Made by a program: the position numbers and the translations under genes. Positions 46,139 through 55,381 of a stretch of 64,000 nt of DNA are shown here, piece by piece. The number at the start of each line of letters is the position of its first letter. The stretch's first letter is position 1. Source of the stretch: Candidatus Nanopelagicales bacterium (GTDB lineage: Bacteria; Actinomycetota; Actinomycetes; S36-B12); assembly GCA_030728405.1 (NCBI GenBank), contig JANQZS010000077.1, positions 12,767 to 76,766 of the forward strand. The letters are read 5' to 3'. The notes beneath the pieces are model-generated. The model did no database searches. It saw nothing but the letters and a program-made list of their open reading frames with translations, and had not been told where the DNA came from.

Positions 46139-47997
46139 GCCAACCCACCGCAACTGGGACAGTGCGTCTGACCGTTGCCGAAGCGATGGTGCGTTTTCTG
46201 ATCGCCCAGCGCACCAAGGTTGACGGAGTTGAGGTGCCGCTATTTCCTGGTGTGCTCGCAATCTTCGGGCACGGCAATGTGACAAGCTTGGGTCACTCGC
46301 TTGAACAGCATCGCGATGAGATCCCAGTGTGGCGCGGACAAAACGAGCAGGGAATGGGCCTTGCGGCTGCAGCATTCACCAAAGCGCAAAGACGCCAGCA
46401 GATAATGATCGCAACATCATCGGTTGGTCCCGGGGCAACCAACATGATCACCGCAGCAGGTGTGGCGATGGCCAACCGTCTCCCCGTGCTCTTCATCTCG
46501 GGTGACACTTTCACCTCGCGGCTGCCTGATCCAGTGCTGCAGCAGGTGGAGCACTTTGGCTCGCCTTCCACCACCGTCAACGATGCTTTCCGTTCGGTTG
46601 TCCGTTATTGGGATCGCATCACTCACCCAGCCCAAATTATCTCCTCGCTGCCGCATGCTGTTGCCACCATGCTCGATCCAGCTGATTGCGGGCCGGTATT
46701 TATCGGCCTCCCGCAAGATGTCGCCGCCGATGCTTATGACTATCCCGTAGAAACATTTGAGCCGGTAGTGCACGCAGTTGCCCGCCCGCGTCCAGATATC
46801 GATCAGCTGGCCGCTGCCGCAGCACTACTTCGATCTGCGAAGCGCCCGGTGATCATTGCTGGCGGTGGAGTGCATTACTCACTAGCTGAAGCAGAACTTG
46901 CCGCTTTCTCTGCCAGAACCGGAATCCCCGTGGTGGAGACCGTTGCAGGTAAGTCATCACTACTTGCAGATCACCCGAGTTATGCCGGACCCGTGGGCGT
47001 CACAGGTGCTGAGGCAGCTAACGCTGTGGTGGAGCAAGCTGACTTGGTCCTTGCGATCGGTTGCCGGTTGCAGGACTTCACCACCGGATCCTGGACCCTG
47101 TTTGATCGGGAAACGTCGTTCATTGGTCTGAATGCCGCACGCTTCGATGCCGGAAAGCATCGCGCGCAACCCTTGGTGTGCGATGCACGCGAAGGCATTG
47201 TTGAACTCGACGCCGCGCTGGCAGATTGGTCTGTGTCCGGTGAATGGCAGAGCGCCCACCGCGCCGAACGCGAAAACCTAGATGCCTTCATTACATCCCG
47301 GATCGCCGACGATCGCGAATGGCCACCTAGCTATGCCCAACTTGTGGGCCTGGTTCATGATTCGGCAACACCTGCCGATTACGTACTCACCGCTGCTGGT
47401 GGATTGCCAGGCGAGCTCAATATCAACTGGCGAAGTAAAGGAATCGCCACGTTCGATTGTGAATATGGCTTTTCCTGCATGGGATATGAAATCTCTGGAG
47501 CCTGGGGCGCAGCCTTTGCACGCAGTGAAGGTCAGGTGTACTCGATGGTGGGTGATGGTTCCTACTTGATGATGAACTCTGACATTTACGCATCCGTGCT
47601 CTCGGGCAAGAAGTTCATTTTGGTGGTGTGCGATAACGAGGGTTACGCAGTCATTGAACGCTTGCAGGTGGGCCAGGGTGGTGCTTCTTACAACAACATG
47701 TTGAAAGACTCGACGGGTACTGGTAGCGAGGTGCGCGTTGATTTCGCAGCGCATGCTGCGGCCATGGGCGCAACTGTTCTCACCGCTGATTCTCTGACCT
47801 CCTTCCGGACAGCACTCGATGCCGCCCGCGCGGCAGATCGCACCGCGGTCATCGTGACCTCGGTTCGGGACTCCGATTGGACAGAGGGTGGTGCCTTCTG
47901 GCAGGTCGGGGTACCCGAGGTGAGTGAAAAGGCTGAAGTCCGGCAGGCTCGCGCGAGCATGGATGCCGGTTTGGCTCGTCAGCGAAAGGGCGTGTGA
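46135..47997 (+). CDS. iolD: 3D-(3,5/4)-trihydroxycyclohexane-1,2-dione acylhydrolase (ThDP enzyme)
   Basis: ThDP-binding architecture (GDGSYLMMNS) and an N-terminus VRLTVAEAMVRFL. ATG 46135 overlaps the iolB stop (ATGA). Confidence 0.85.
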   Translation: MSQPTATGTVRLTVAEAMVRFLIAQRTKVDGVEVPLFPGVLAIFGHGNVTSLGHSLEQHRDEIPVWRGQNEQGMGLAAAAFTKAQRRQQIMIATSSVGPGATNMITAAGVAMANRLPVLFISGDTFTSRLPDPVLQQVEHFGSPSTTVNDAFRSVVRYWDRITHPAQIISSLPHAVATMLDPADCGPVFIGLPQDVAADAYDYPVETFEPVVHAVARPRPDIDQLAAAAALLRSAKRPVIIAGGGVHYSLAEAELAAFSARTGIPVVETVAGKSSLLADHPSYAGPVGVTGAEAANAVVEQADLVLAIGCRLQDFTTGSWTLFDRETSFIGLNAARFDAGKHRAQPLVCDAREGIVELDAALADWSVSGEWQSAHRAERENLDAFITSRIADDREWPPSYAQLVGLVHDSATPADYVLTAAGGLPGELNINWRSKGIATFDCEYGFSCMGYEISGAWGAAFARSEGQVYSMVGDGSYLMMNSDIYASVLSGKKFILVVCDNEGYAVIERLQVGQGGASYNNMLKDSTGTGSEVRVDFAAHAAAMGATVLTADSLTSFRTALDAARAADRTAVIVTSVRDSDWTEGGAFWQVGVPEVSEKAEVRQARASMDAGLARQRKGV

Positions 47998-47998
47998 G

Positions 47999-49006
47999 GT
48001 GACCGTACGGATCGGAGTTGTAGGCGCTGGCCGAATCGGCCGCCTGCACGCGGAGGTCATCGCACGAAGAATCCCCGACGCAACGTTGGTGGCGGTAGCC
48101 GATGTGGTGAGTGCGTCCGCGGAGGCGCTGGCCAGTGAACTGCAAGTGGAATCAGCCAGTGTTGCTGAACTGATTGCATCTGATGCGATCGACGCGGTGG
48201 CTATCTGTACAAGTACTGACACCCACGTCGATATCACGATTGCTGCAGCGCAGGCCGGCAAAGCCGTGTTCTGTGAGAAACCGATCAGCCTTGATCTGAC
48301 CGAGGTGGATCGGGCTCTTGCTGCAGTCGCAGCTGCAGGCACCCCGTACATGGTGGGCTTCAACCGTCGCTTTGATCCAGCCCATCATTCGGTGCGCGAG
48401 GCGGTGCGAAGCGGCGAGGTGGGTGAGGTGCACATGGCGCGCATCACCAGCCGTGACCCCAGCCCGCCTCCGGTCTCTTACGTCAGGGTGAGCGGTGGAC
48501 TTTACGTCGACATGATGATTCACGACTTTGATATGGCTCGCTACGTGGTGGGTTCCCCAGTAGTCGAAGTTTTCGCCAAGGGTGCTGTGCGCATTGATCC
48601 CGAAATCGGTGAAGCGGGTGACATTGACACGGCAATGGTGCTGTTGACCCACGCCAACGGCGCATTCACCACCATCGATAACAGTCGGCGTGCTACCTAC
48701 GGCTATGACCAACGTGTTGAAGTGTTTGGCTCTGGTGGGATGGCGTTTTCGACTAATCCGCCCGTGCACACCGGATCCTTCCTTGGCGGCGCTGGCCTAC
48801 AGGGAACGGTGATTCCAAACTTCTTTCTTGAGCGCTACACGGACTCCTTCCGTCTTGAGTGGGAGGCCTTTGTTCGCTACGTGCGTGATGGTGGTCCTTC
48901 GCCAGTGTCAGGGGCTGATGGGCGCGCACCCGTTGCTATTGGCCTGGCTGCAGGAGAATCCTTGCGCACAGGCCAGCCGGTGGCACTAGTTTCAGGTCAG
49001 GGTTAA
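47999..49006 (+). CDS. iolG: Inositol 2-dehydrogenase (Gfo/Idh/MocA)
   Basis: VRIGVVGAGRIGRLHAE and VFCEKP motifs. GTG 47999 lies 1 nt after the iolD stop. Confidence 0.75.
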   Translation: MTVRIGVVGAGRIGRLHAEVIARRIPDATLVAVADVVSASAEALASELQVESASVAELIASDAIDAVAICTSTDTHVDITIAAAQAGKAVFCEKPISLDLTEVDRALAAVAAAGTPYMVGFNRRFDPAHHSVREAVRSGEVGEVHMARITSRDPSPPPVSYVRVSGGLYVDMMIHDFDMARYVVGSPVVEVFAKGAVRIDPEIGEAGDIDTAMVLLTHANGAFTTIDNSRRATYGYDQRVEVFGSGGMAFSTNPPVHTGSFLGGAGLQGTVIPNFFLERYTDSFRLEWEAFVRYVRDGGPSPVSGADGRAPVAIGLAAGESLRTGQPVALVSGQG

Positions 49007-49029
49007 CCAACAAGGCAGCTGAGGAAAGG

Positions 49030-50178
49030 TTGACGAACGTGATCGATTCTGAATGCTCGCTCGATGATTTCCGTGGGGTTGTGGAGGTCACTACCGATCT
49101 TGCCGACTACCCCCTTGCCTCCGTAGTTGACCGGGAAGTGCTGATCTACGAGCGTTCTTCCCTGCCGCTAGAAACTGATCCCCAAGCAATCGAGCGGGAG
49201 TGGAACAAGGCTCTGTCGACAGGCCCCGGCGTAATCATCATCCGTGGCGCTTATCCCGATACCAGCGTGGTGGATCGTGTGAGCGATGTTTTCACCTCAA
49301 TCATCGACGCCGAACGTGCTAGCGGCGTGGCCTCTGGTGATCACTTTGGAAAACCGGGCGCTAATGCGCGAATCTGGAACGCGCAGGAAAAGCTCGCAGT
49401 GGCAGATCCTGCAGCTTATGTAGATTATTTTGCCAACGAGATTATTGCGCTGGGCAGTAGCGCTTGGTTGGGACCTGGCTACCAAATCACCACCCAGGTA
49501 AACGTTGTATATCCAGGTGGAGAACCGCAGCAACCGCATCGTGATTACCACTTGGGCTTTCAAACTAATGCGGTTGCGCGCACTTTTCCTGCGCACGTGC
49601 ATGAGTTTTCACCGTTTCTCACCTTGCAAGGGGGAGTTGCGCACTGTGACATGAGCGTGGCTAGTGGGCCGACGATGTTTCTTCCGCATTCGCAGAAGTA
49701 CTCACTGGGTTACCTAGCGTGGCGCGAAGATGCCTTCAAGGAGTACTTCTGGTCGCACTACGTACAACTGCCTTTGTCCAAAGGTGATGTGGTGTGGTTC
49801 AGCCCGGCTCTCTTTCATGGCGCCGGTCGCAATGAATCCACCGATGTGGTGCGCATGGTCAATTTATTGCAGGTCTCTTCCGCATTTGGCCGGGCGATGG
49901 AAACGGTTGATCGAGTGCGGTTGTGCTCAGCGATTTATTCCACTCTGGTCAATGCTGCAGCGGGCCCTGCTTGGAGCGAATCATTCACCTCAAACGTGAT
50001 CGGTTCGGCTGCCGATGGTTATCCGTTCCCCACGAACCTCGATAACGATCAACCGATCGGTGGACTGGCCCCTGCCTCACAAGCCGATGTGCTGACCCAG
50101 GCGATTGCGGAGAATTGGTCGGTGGATCAGTTCACACAGGCTCTTGCGGCGCAACATGAACGGCGTACTCGCACCTAG
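49030..50178 (+). CDS. Phytanoyl-CoA dioxygenase (PhyH)-family Fe(II)/2-oxoglutarate oxygenase
   Basis: An HxD facial-triad motif (PHRDYH) with a distal His (ALFHGAGRN). TTG start. Confidence 0.6.
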   Translation: MTNVIDSECSLDDFRGVVEVTTDLADYPLASVVDREVLIYERSSLPLETDPQAIEREWNKALSTGPGVIIIRGAYPDTSVVDRVSDVFTSIIDAERASGVASGDHFGKPGANARIWNAQEKLAVADPAAYVDYFANEIIALGSSAWLGPGYQITTQVNVVYPGGEPQQPHRDYHLGFQTNAVARTFPAHVHEFSPFLTLQGGVAHCDMSVASGPTMFLPHSQKYSLGYLAWREDAFKEYFWSHYVQLPLSKGDVVWFSPALFHGAGRNESTDVVRMVNLLQVSSAFGRAMETVDRVRLCSAIYSTLVNAAAGPAWSESFTSNVIGSAADGYPFPTNLDNDQPIGGLAPASQADVLTQAIAENWSVDQFTQALAAQHERRTRT

Positions 50179-50205
50179 GAAGCGTCGTCGTTCTTGATTT
50201 TCGCT

Positions 50206-50934
50206 TTAACTCATGAGACCTGGCGCGAGCCGAGTTTCCACAACCTCGCCGGCAATGTTTTCAACCCGATACGCCGCAGGGCCGGTTTCAGGATCAGCGT
50301 CAAGATCGCAGATGACCTCAACGGGCTCGGTGCCCTCGTACAGAATTCCTACGCGATCATCGGTGGCATACGAGGTGGGCAGCACTTCATCACGCACCAG
50401 TTGGTGAAGTAGCGGGCGGCGTTGAACCTCACTGTCATAGTGCACGCCGTTTCCGTAGGGGAGCAGGGCGAGGGCATTGGTTACCGGTTGCAACTCCTTG
50501 CCAAATGAATCGGTGGGTCCGCCCACATGCCAGCAGATGGAGCCCGCGCTGACTCCTGCAAGAATCGTGCCGTTTTCCCATGCGTCTGCCATGGCGGTGT
50601 CGACTCCGTGCAAACGCCACAGCGCTAGCAAGTTAGCCACACTGCCACCGCCCACCCACACCACATCGGCCCATCCCAGGATCTCTTCGGGGCGCCGGTT
50701 TGGCTGAGTGAAAAGAGCAAGATGATCGACGTCGCAACTTGAGCCGGCCAGGGCTGAATACATCTGCGCGAGGTATTGCGGGTCATCGCCTGATGCGGTG
50801 AGCACGAGTGCAACTTTGGGTCGTTCTTTGCCGGTGAGCTTAAGGGCGCGCAGCATGGTGGGTGCGGGGGTGAGAACGCCCCAGAGGCCGGTGCCGATGA
50901 AGCCGCCGCTGGTAGCGAGGATGCGTTTGGTCAT
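50206..50934 (-). CDS. Peptidase S51 (dipeptidase E-like) family protein
   Basis: MTKRILATSGG..., VWVGGGSVANLL and AGVSAGSICW (nucleophile Ser) motifs. The ORF-track N-terminal extension overlaps the upstream gene. Confidence 0.75.
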   Translation of the reverse strand: MTKRILATSGGFIGTGLWGVLTPAPTMLRALKLTGKERPKVALVLTASGDDPQYLAQMYSALAGSSCDVDHLALFTQPNRRPEEILGWADVVWVGGGSVANLLALWRLHGVDTAMADAWENGTILAGVSAGSICWHVGGPTDSFGKELQPVTNALALLPYGNGVHYDSEVQRRPLLHQLVRDEVLPTSYATDDRVGILYEGTEPVEVICDLDADPETGPAAYRVENIAGEVVETRLAPGLMS

Positions 50935-51428
50935 ACAGGTTTTTGTACCGCACAGGAAACCGATCCGCGAAGGCGCATCCGCAAGGCCCACGCCATCAGT
51001 GCGATGGAAGCAAAAGCAAGGATCGGCTGAATTGGTGCAAACCAAGAAATTGCACCGGATGATCCGAGGGCGATCAGTACGAGCTTGTTGCAGACCGGGC
51101 ACCCCACGGCAAAGAATGCGATGAAACCGCCTACCCCGCCTAGCTTTGCAGCGGTGTCGACTTCTTCTTCAGTGTCCGGGGAATCGTTCGGCTCTTTGAT
51201 GTACGTGGCGATCAGCAGGCCGCCAAGGATGCCGGTGATGATCACAATGGGGTAGGACCACCAGGTGACTTCGATGGCGCGGCCAAAGATTGGGTTCGGG
51301 ATCACTGCGGTGGGCAGAGCCACCACAATGGCCACGAGGACTCCTGATCCAAGTGCGATCCACCAACGGCGAGGGGTCCACAGCCTTAGTGCGGAGATCA
51401 TTTCCGACATCGCACTAACATACCCCAT
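50931..51428 (-). CDS. Membrane protein with intramembrane GCPVCNK motif
   Basis: Four TM segments, an acidic loop, and a CxxC inside TM3. A 4-nt overlap with the S51 gene. Confidence 0.5.
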   Translation of the reverse strand: MGYVSAMSEMISALRLWTPRRWWIALGSGVLVAIVVALPTAVIPNPIFGRAIEVTWWSYPIVIITGILGGLLIATYIKEPNDSPDTEEEVDTAAKLGGVGGFIAFFAVGCPVCNKLVLIALGSSGAISWFAPIQPILAFASIALMAWALRMRLRGSVSCAVQKPV

Positions 51429-51454
51429 GGGGTATTGAGAGGGGTTGATTGCAG

Positions 51455-52495
51455 GTGCAAGGACTTTAGGGACATCCGGCCTGGTTCGGGGCTGTCATGG
51501 GTACTGGGGCGCTGGCGCTCGTGATGGAATCCATGGCCGATGCGTGGAACGCCGCGTGGCTTGAGCCGATCGCCATAGTGCTATTGATTCTTGCCAACCT
51601 CCTCACGTTGGTCCTCTGGCCCCGATACTTCCGGCGACTGAAAAATCGCGAGGCGCTGCGCAATGAGTTAAGCGACCCGGGGAATGGCGCCATGCTCGCC
51701 ACCTTTCCGGCGGGTTTGTTGATTCTTTCTGTTGCGTGGGCGCAAATCGGCCCGTGGATCGTCACTGAACGTGTAGCCCTGACCGTTGATGCGGTACTTC
51801 TCGTGATGGGCGCCGTCATTGCTTTCGTGCTCTCAGCGGCGTGGGCAACCTCGATTTCACGATCGGGAGCGGGCCTTGACGGAGTGAATGGCGGTTGGCT
51901 GATCCCACCTGTTATTAACCTAATTGTTCCTCTGGGACTTGCACCTCTGGCGATCGCCCATCCGGGCAGTGCTGAACTGTTACTCGTCGTCGGTTTCGCA
52001 TTCTTAGGTATCGGTGCGGTGCTCTTCCTTGCGATGCTCTCCCTCCTGGTTGCACGGTTGGCCCTTCGGTCGGTATTTCCTGCGTAGATGGCGCCATCTC
52101 TCTGGATTCCACTCGCTCCTGCGGGGATGCTTGGTCTTTCGACCCTGCGATTAATGCAAGCCGCTGAGCAAACAGGGGCATTTGGTTGGTCAACAAGCAG
52201 TGCAGCGATTCCGATCGTTGCAATGGGGATTGGTTTCGGACTCTGGTGGGCACTCTTCGCTGGGATTGACCTACTCCGAGCAAGACGCGAGGGCTTCAGC
52301 TATAACCCAGGCTGGTGGGGCTTCGTCTTTCCACTCGCTGCGATGGCGTTATCGATCACTGCATTGGCGGTCACCATGGACTCACTCCCCGTGCTCATCG
52401 TGGGCACGCTTGTAGCGATGGTCGTTGCTGCTGTCTGGTTAAACGTTGCGGCAAAATCAGTACAAGCGATTAATCGTGAGCGCCGATCCGCCTGA
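51455..52495 (+). pseudogene. TDT (TehA/Mae1/SLAC1) family transporter interrupted by two in-frame TAG codons
   Basis: A single reading frame encodes VQGL*GHPAWFGAVMGTGALAL ... RSVFPA*MAPSLWIPLAPAG ... NPGWWGFVFPLAAM. The stops are at 51467-51469 and 52085-52087. Conserved TDT motifs lie on both sides of each stop. Confidence 0.65.
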
Positions 52496-52581
52496 CTGGA
52501 ATGGCAGGGTGCCAGAGGTACGATGGGGGTAGTGCCTGCTGGCAGGAAGACTGACGGCGCGCTGAATCGCTAAGGACTCCC

Positions 52582-53988
52582 GTGGCCACCTCTGCATTGC
52601 TGAACTTCCCACTTCCCTCTCACGACGCCGACCGGATGCATCGCATCGATCCGCAATTGACGGAACTGATCCTCGAATACGTCACCGAGCGGCTCTCTCT
52701 TGCCGAAACTCCGATTGATGGGCTCGGAAATCGCGAGACAATGGTCCAAGCAATGGCAGGGCTGATTGATGAAAACCCCAAGGATCCTCAGGCAGTGCTC
52801 GACGTATACATCGATCATTTAGCTGACACAGTTCTTTCTGCAGATAGTCCCCGCTTCTATGCCTTCATCCCAGCAGCACCTACGAAGGCATCCCTACTTT
52901 TTGACATGGTGGTTTCGGCTGCCTCGCTGCAAGGGTGTTCGTGGCTAGAAGCCGCTGGTGCCGTCATGGCGGAGAACCAGGCACTCCGGGTTATGGCTGA
53001 TGCTGCGGGGATGGGACCTGATGCTGGTGGGACCTTTGTTTCTGGTGGATCGGCGGGTAACTTGTCGGCTCTGGTGGTGGCCAGGGACTCCGCGCGCAAT
53101 CGGCGCAGTGTGGCTGGGATACCTGAGGCAAGGTTGCGCGTTGTGGTGAGCGATCAGGCTCATTCGTCGATCTCCAATGCACTGAACATCGTGGGCATGG
53201 ACGTACTCATCGTGCCCACCGTCGATGGTCGGATGGACGAAGCCGCCATTAACTCTGCTCTGTCATTAGAGAATGATCTATCGGATGTAGTGGCGATTGT
53301 TGCCACCGCTGGCACCACCAATGCAGGAATTATCGACGACCTTGACGCTGCTTCACGTTGTGCAGCAGACCATGGTTGGTGGTTTCATGTTGATGCTGCT
53401 TACGGTGGTGCGGGAATGTTGGTGCCAGAGCTCCGTCAGCGATATACCGGCGTGGAGAATGTCGACTCCATTGTGATGGATCCGCACAAGTGGTGGTTTG
53501 CACCCTTTGATTCAGCGGCACTGATCTACAAAGACCCACACCTCGCTAAGTCGGTGCACACCCAAGATGCCTCCTACCTCGATGTGATTCACGGTAATGA
53601 GAGTGAACTCAACCCCAGTGATCTCGCCTACCACCTCACTCGGCGCGCTCGGGGGATGGCGCTCTGGTTCTCGTTAGCTGTTAATGGAATCGCCGCATAC
53701 CGTGACGCCGTTGCGCACTCCATTAATTTGGCTGCCTACGCGGCTGATCAAATTGAAGAGATTCCGCATTTTGAATTGATCAGGCGGCCTGATTTGTCGG
53801 TAGTGCTTTTCCGGCGAATCGGTTGGACAGCTCAGGACTACCAAGCATGGTCCGATGATTTGTTGCGTTCACAGGTGGCATTTGTGACCTCGAGTGGCTG
53901 GCAGGGAGAGACGGTTGGCCGTCTGGTTTTCTTGCACCCATCCACCACTACCAAGATGGTTGATGAGGTCCTGGCGACGATGCGATGA
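52582..53988 (+). CDS. Group II PLP-dependent amino-acid decarboxylase
   Basis: MDPHKWWFAPF carries the PLP-binding Lys, and SGGSAGNLSAL is also present. 468 aa. Confidence 0.8.
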   Translation: MATSALLNFPLPSHDADRMHRIDPQLTELILEYVTERLSLAETPIDGLGNRETMVQAMAGLIDENPKDPQAVLDVYIDHLADTVLSADSPRFYAFIPAAPTKASLLFDMVVSAASLQGCSWLEAAGAVMAENQALRVMADAAGMGPDAGGTFVSGGSAGNLSALVVARDSARNRRSVAGIPEARLRVVVSDQAHSSISNALNIVGMDVLIVPTVDGRMDEAAINSALSLENDLSDVVAIVATAGTTNAGIIDDLDAASRCAADHGWWFHVDAAYGGAGMLVPELRQRYTGVENVDSIVMDPHKWWFAPFDSAALIYKDPHLAKSVHTQDASYLDVIHGNESELNPSDLAYHLTRRARGMALWFSLAVNGIAAYRDAVAHSINLAAYAADQIEEIPHFELIRRPDLSVVLFRRIGWTAQDYQAWSDDLLRSQVAFVTSSGWQGETVGRLVFLHPSTTTKMVDEVLATMR

Positions 53989-54671
53989 GTTTTCTGGCAC
54001 TTATCGGAGAGGTGATCCTTCTCGGATTGGCTGCGGCGATCACGCCCGGGCTCTTTGCAATGCAGGTGCTCATTGTTGCTGGCGATAACTGGATCAGACG
54101 TTCGGCGGCTGTGGTTGCAGGTGCTGGGCTGGGATTTGGTTTAGTCAGCCTGATTTTGTTCGCCGGTTTCACCAAGCTACCCGCCGCCGGAAGTGGTTCT
54201 GCATTTGAAGTCATTGGTGAACTGGTCATTGGCGTTGGGCTGCTCGTGGCAAGTGTGTGGTTGCTCCTGCCGCACCCGGCAATTCAGCAGCGTGCCGAAG
54301 CCACTATCAACAATTATGCCTCGAAAGCATCATCGAAAATCTTCTTCGCGATTGCTATTGCCCTCGCAGTGAAGGATGTCTCGTCCTACGCGGTGATGCT
54401 GCCGGCACTCCATGACATAGCCACTGCAGGACTGTGGTGGCCCATTGTGCTTCTACTGCTTGGGGTGCTCTATGTGCTCGCGCTAACGCCAGTTCTGGTT
54501 CCACCACTTGCGCGTTTGATCATCGGTCAACCTGCAGTCAGGGTTATGCAGAAGGTGTACCGATTTGTCATGGACCATCAATTCCGAATCGTCGGAGTGA
54601 TGTTCGTCGTCATTGGTGGAGTGCTTGTGGCAATTTCGTTGCCACGGCTCTCTACTGTGTTGAGCGGTTGA
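53985..54671 (+). CDS. GAP/Sap-like (DUF2910) membrane protein
   Basis: Six TM segments. A 4-nt overlap with the decarboxylase gene. The family call is tentative. Confidence 0.5.
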   Translation: MSFLALIGEVILLGLAAAITPGLFAMQVLIVAGDNWIRRSAAVVAGAGLGFGLVSLILFAGFTKLPAAGSGSAFEVIGELVIGVGLLVASVWLLLPHPAIQQRAEATINNYASKASSKIFFAIAIALAVKDVSSYAVMLPALHDIATAGLWWPIVLLLLGVLYVLALTPVLVPPLARLIIGQPAVRVMQKVYRFVMDHQFRIVGVMFVVIGGVLVAISLPRLSTVLSG

Positions 54672-55284
54672 CGAGTCGCCAAGTGGCCGGGAAGAGCCCC
54701 GCTGCAAGTGCAATCTTGATGGCATCGCCAAGAATGAAGGGCAGAGCGCCCAATGCAAGTGCTTCACTAAGACTCACGCCGATTGCCAGTGCCAGCCAGC
54801 TCACACCAATTGCGTAGATGACCAGGTTTCCCACCACCATGAGTCCAGCGGTTCGGAGCACGGTGCGGGTGGCGCCGGATTCGGCGAGTTTGCCCACGAT
54901 GAATGCGGCGACGATGAAGCCGACGATGTAACCGAACGTCGCTCCGCCAAAGCCAGAGCCGCCATCAGCGAACCACGGAACTCCGAGGCTGCCCACTACG
55001 AGGTACACGATCATTGCCAGTGCGCCTCGAGTGGATCCGAGCACACCACCAGCGAGCAACACCGCGAACGTCTGCAGTGTGAGGGGCACCGGAGTGAAGG
55101 GAAGAGGGATGATGATCTGGGCGCTTATGCCCACGATTGCGGCGGCTCCCACCACCAGAACGACCTGCATGACCCACGTGCGAGAGACGTAGTCGGCCAG
55201 AACACGTGGGGCGGGGGCAGCGAGAGCCATCATTCCTCCGAAGGTAATGAGCGCCCGAAGAACTTCCTCGCCGCGCCGAGTCAT
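54652..55284 (-). CDS. bioY: Biotin transporter S-component
   Basis: The PFTPVPLTLQTFAVLLAGGVLG motif is typical of BioY. Confidence 0.85.
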   Translation of the reverse strand: MTRRGEEVLRALITFGGMMALAAPAPRVLADYVSRTWVMQVVLVVGAAAIVGISAQIIIPLPFTPVPLTLQTFAVLLAGGVLGSTRGALAMIVYLVVGSLGVPWFADGGSGFGGATFGYIVGFIVAAFIVGKLAESGATRTVLRTAGLMVVGNLVIYAIGVSWLALAIGVSLSEALALGALPFILGDAIKIALAAGLFPATWRLVNRSTQ

Positions 55285-55381
55285 ACTGTAGCTGAGACCG
55301 ATAATTAGGTTATCCTAAATGTGTGTGATTTCTGCCTCAAGGGCGCTGGGGAAGGCGAACCTCGAGGTCAGGAGAACACAC

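Noticed and set aside
47278-48363. 361-aa ORF on the minus strand
   Set aside because: It is antisense to the iolD/iolG junction. It has low-complexity Ala/Ser/Thr/Arg composition and no start context.
51467-52087. Pyrrolysine or genetic-code reassignment as an explanation for the two in-frame TAGs
   Set aside because: TAG is used as an ordinary terminator by several confident genes in the window (stops at 3396-3398, 8017-8019, 55928-55930 and 57222-57224). No pyl-like genes or PYLIS-like context were seen. A pseudogene or sequencing error is more parsimonious.
51497-52495. Treating 51497-52087 and 52088-52495 as two independent transporter genes
   Set aside because: They are in the same frame, separated only by one TAG, and together they reconstitute a single TDT-family protein. 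Neither half alone would be a complete transporter.
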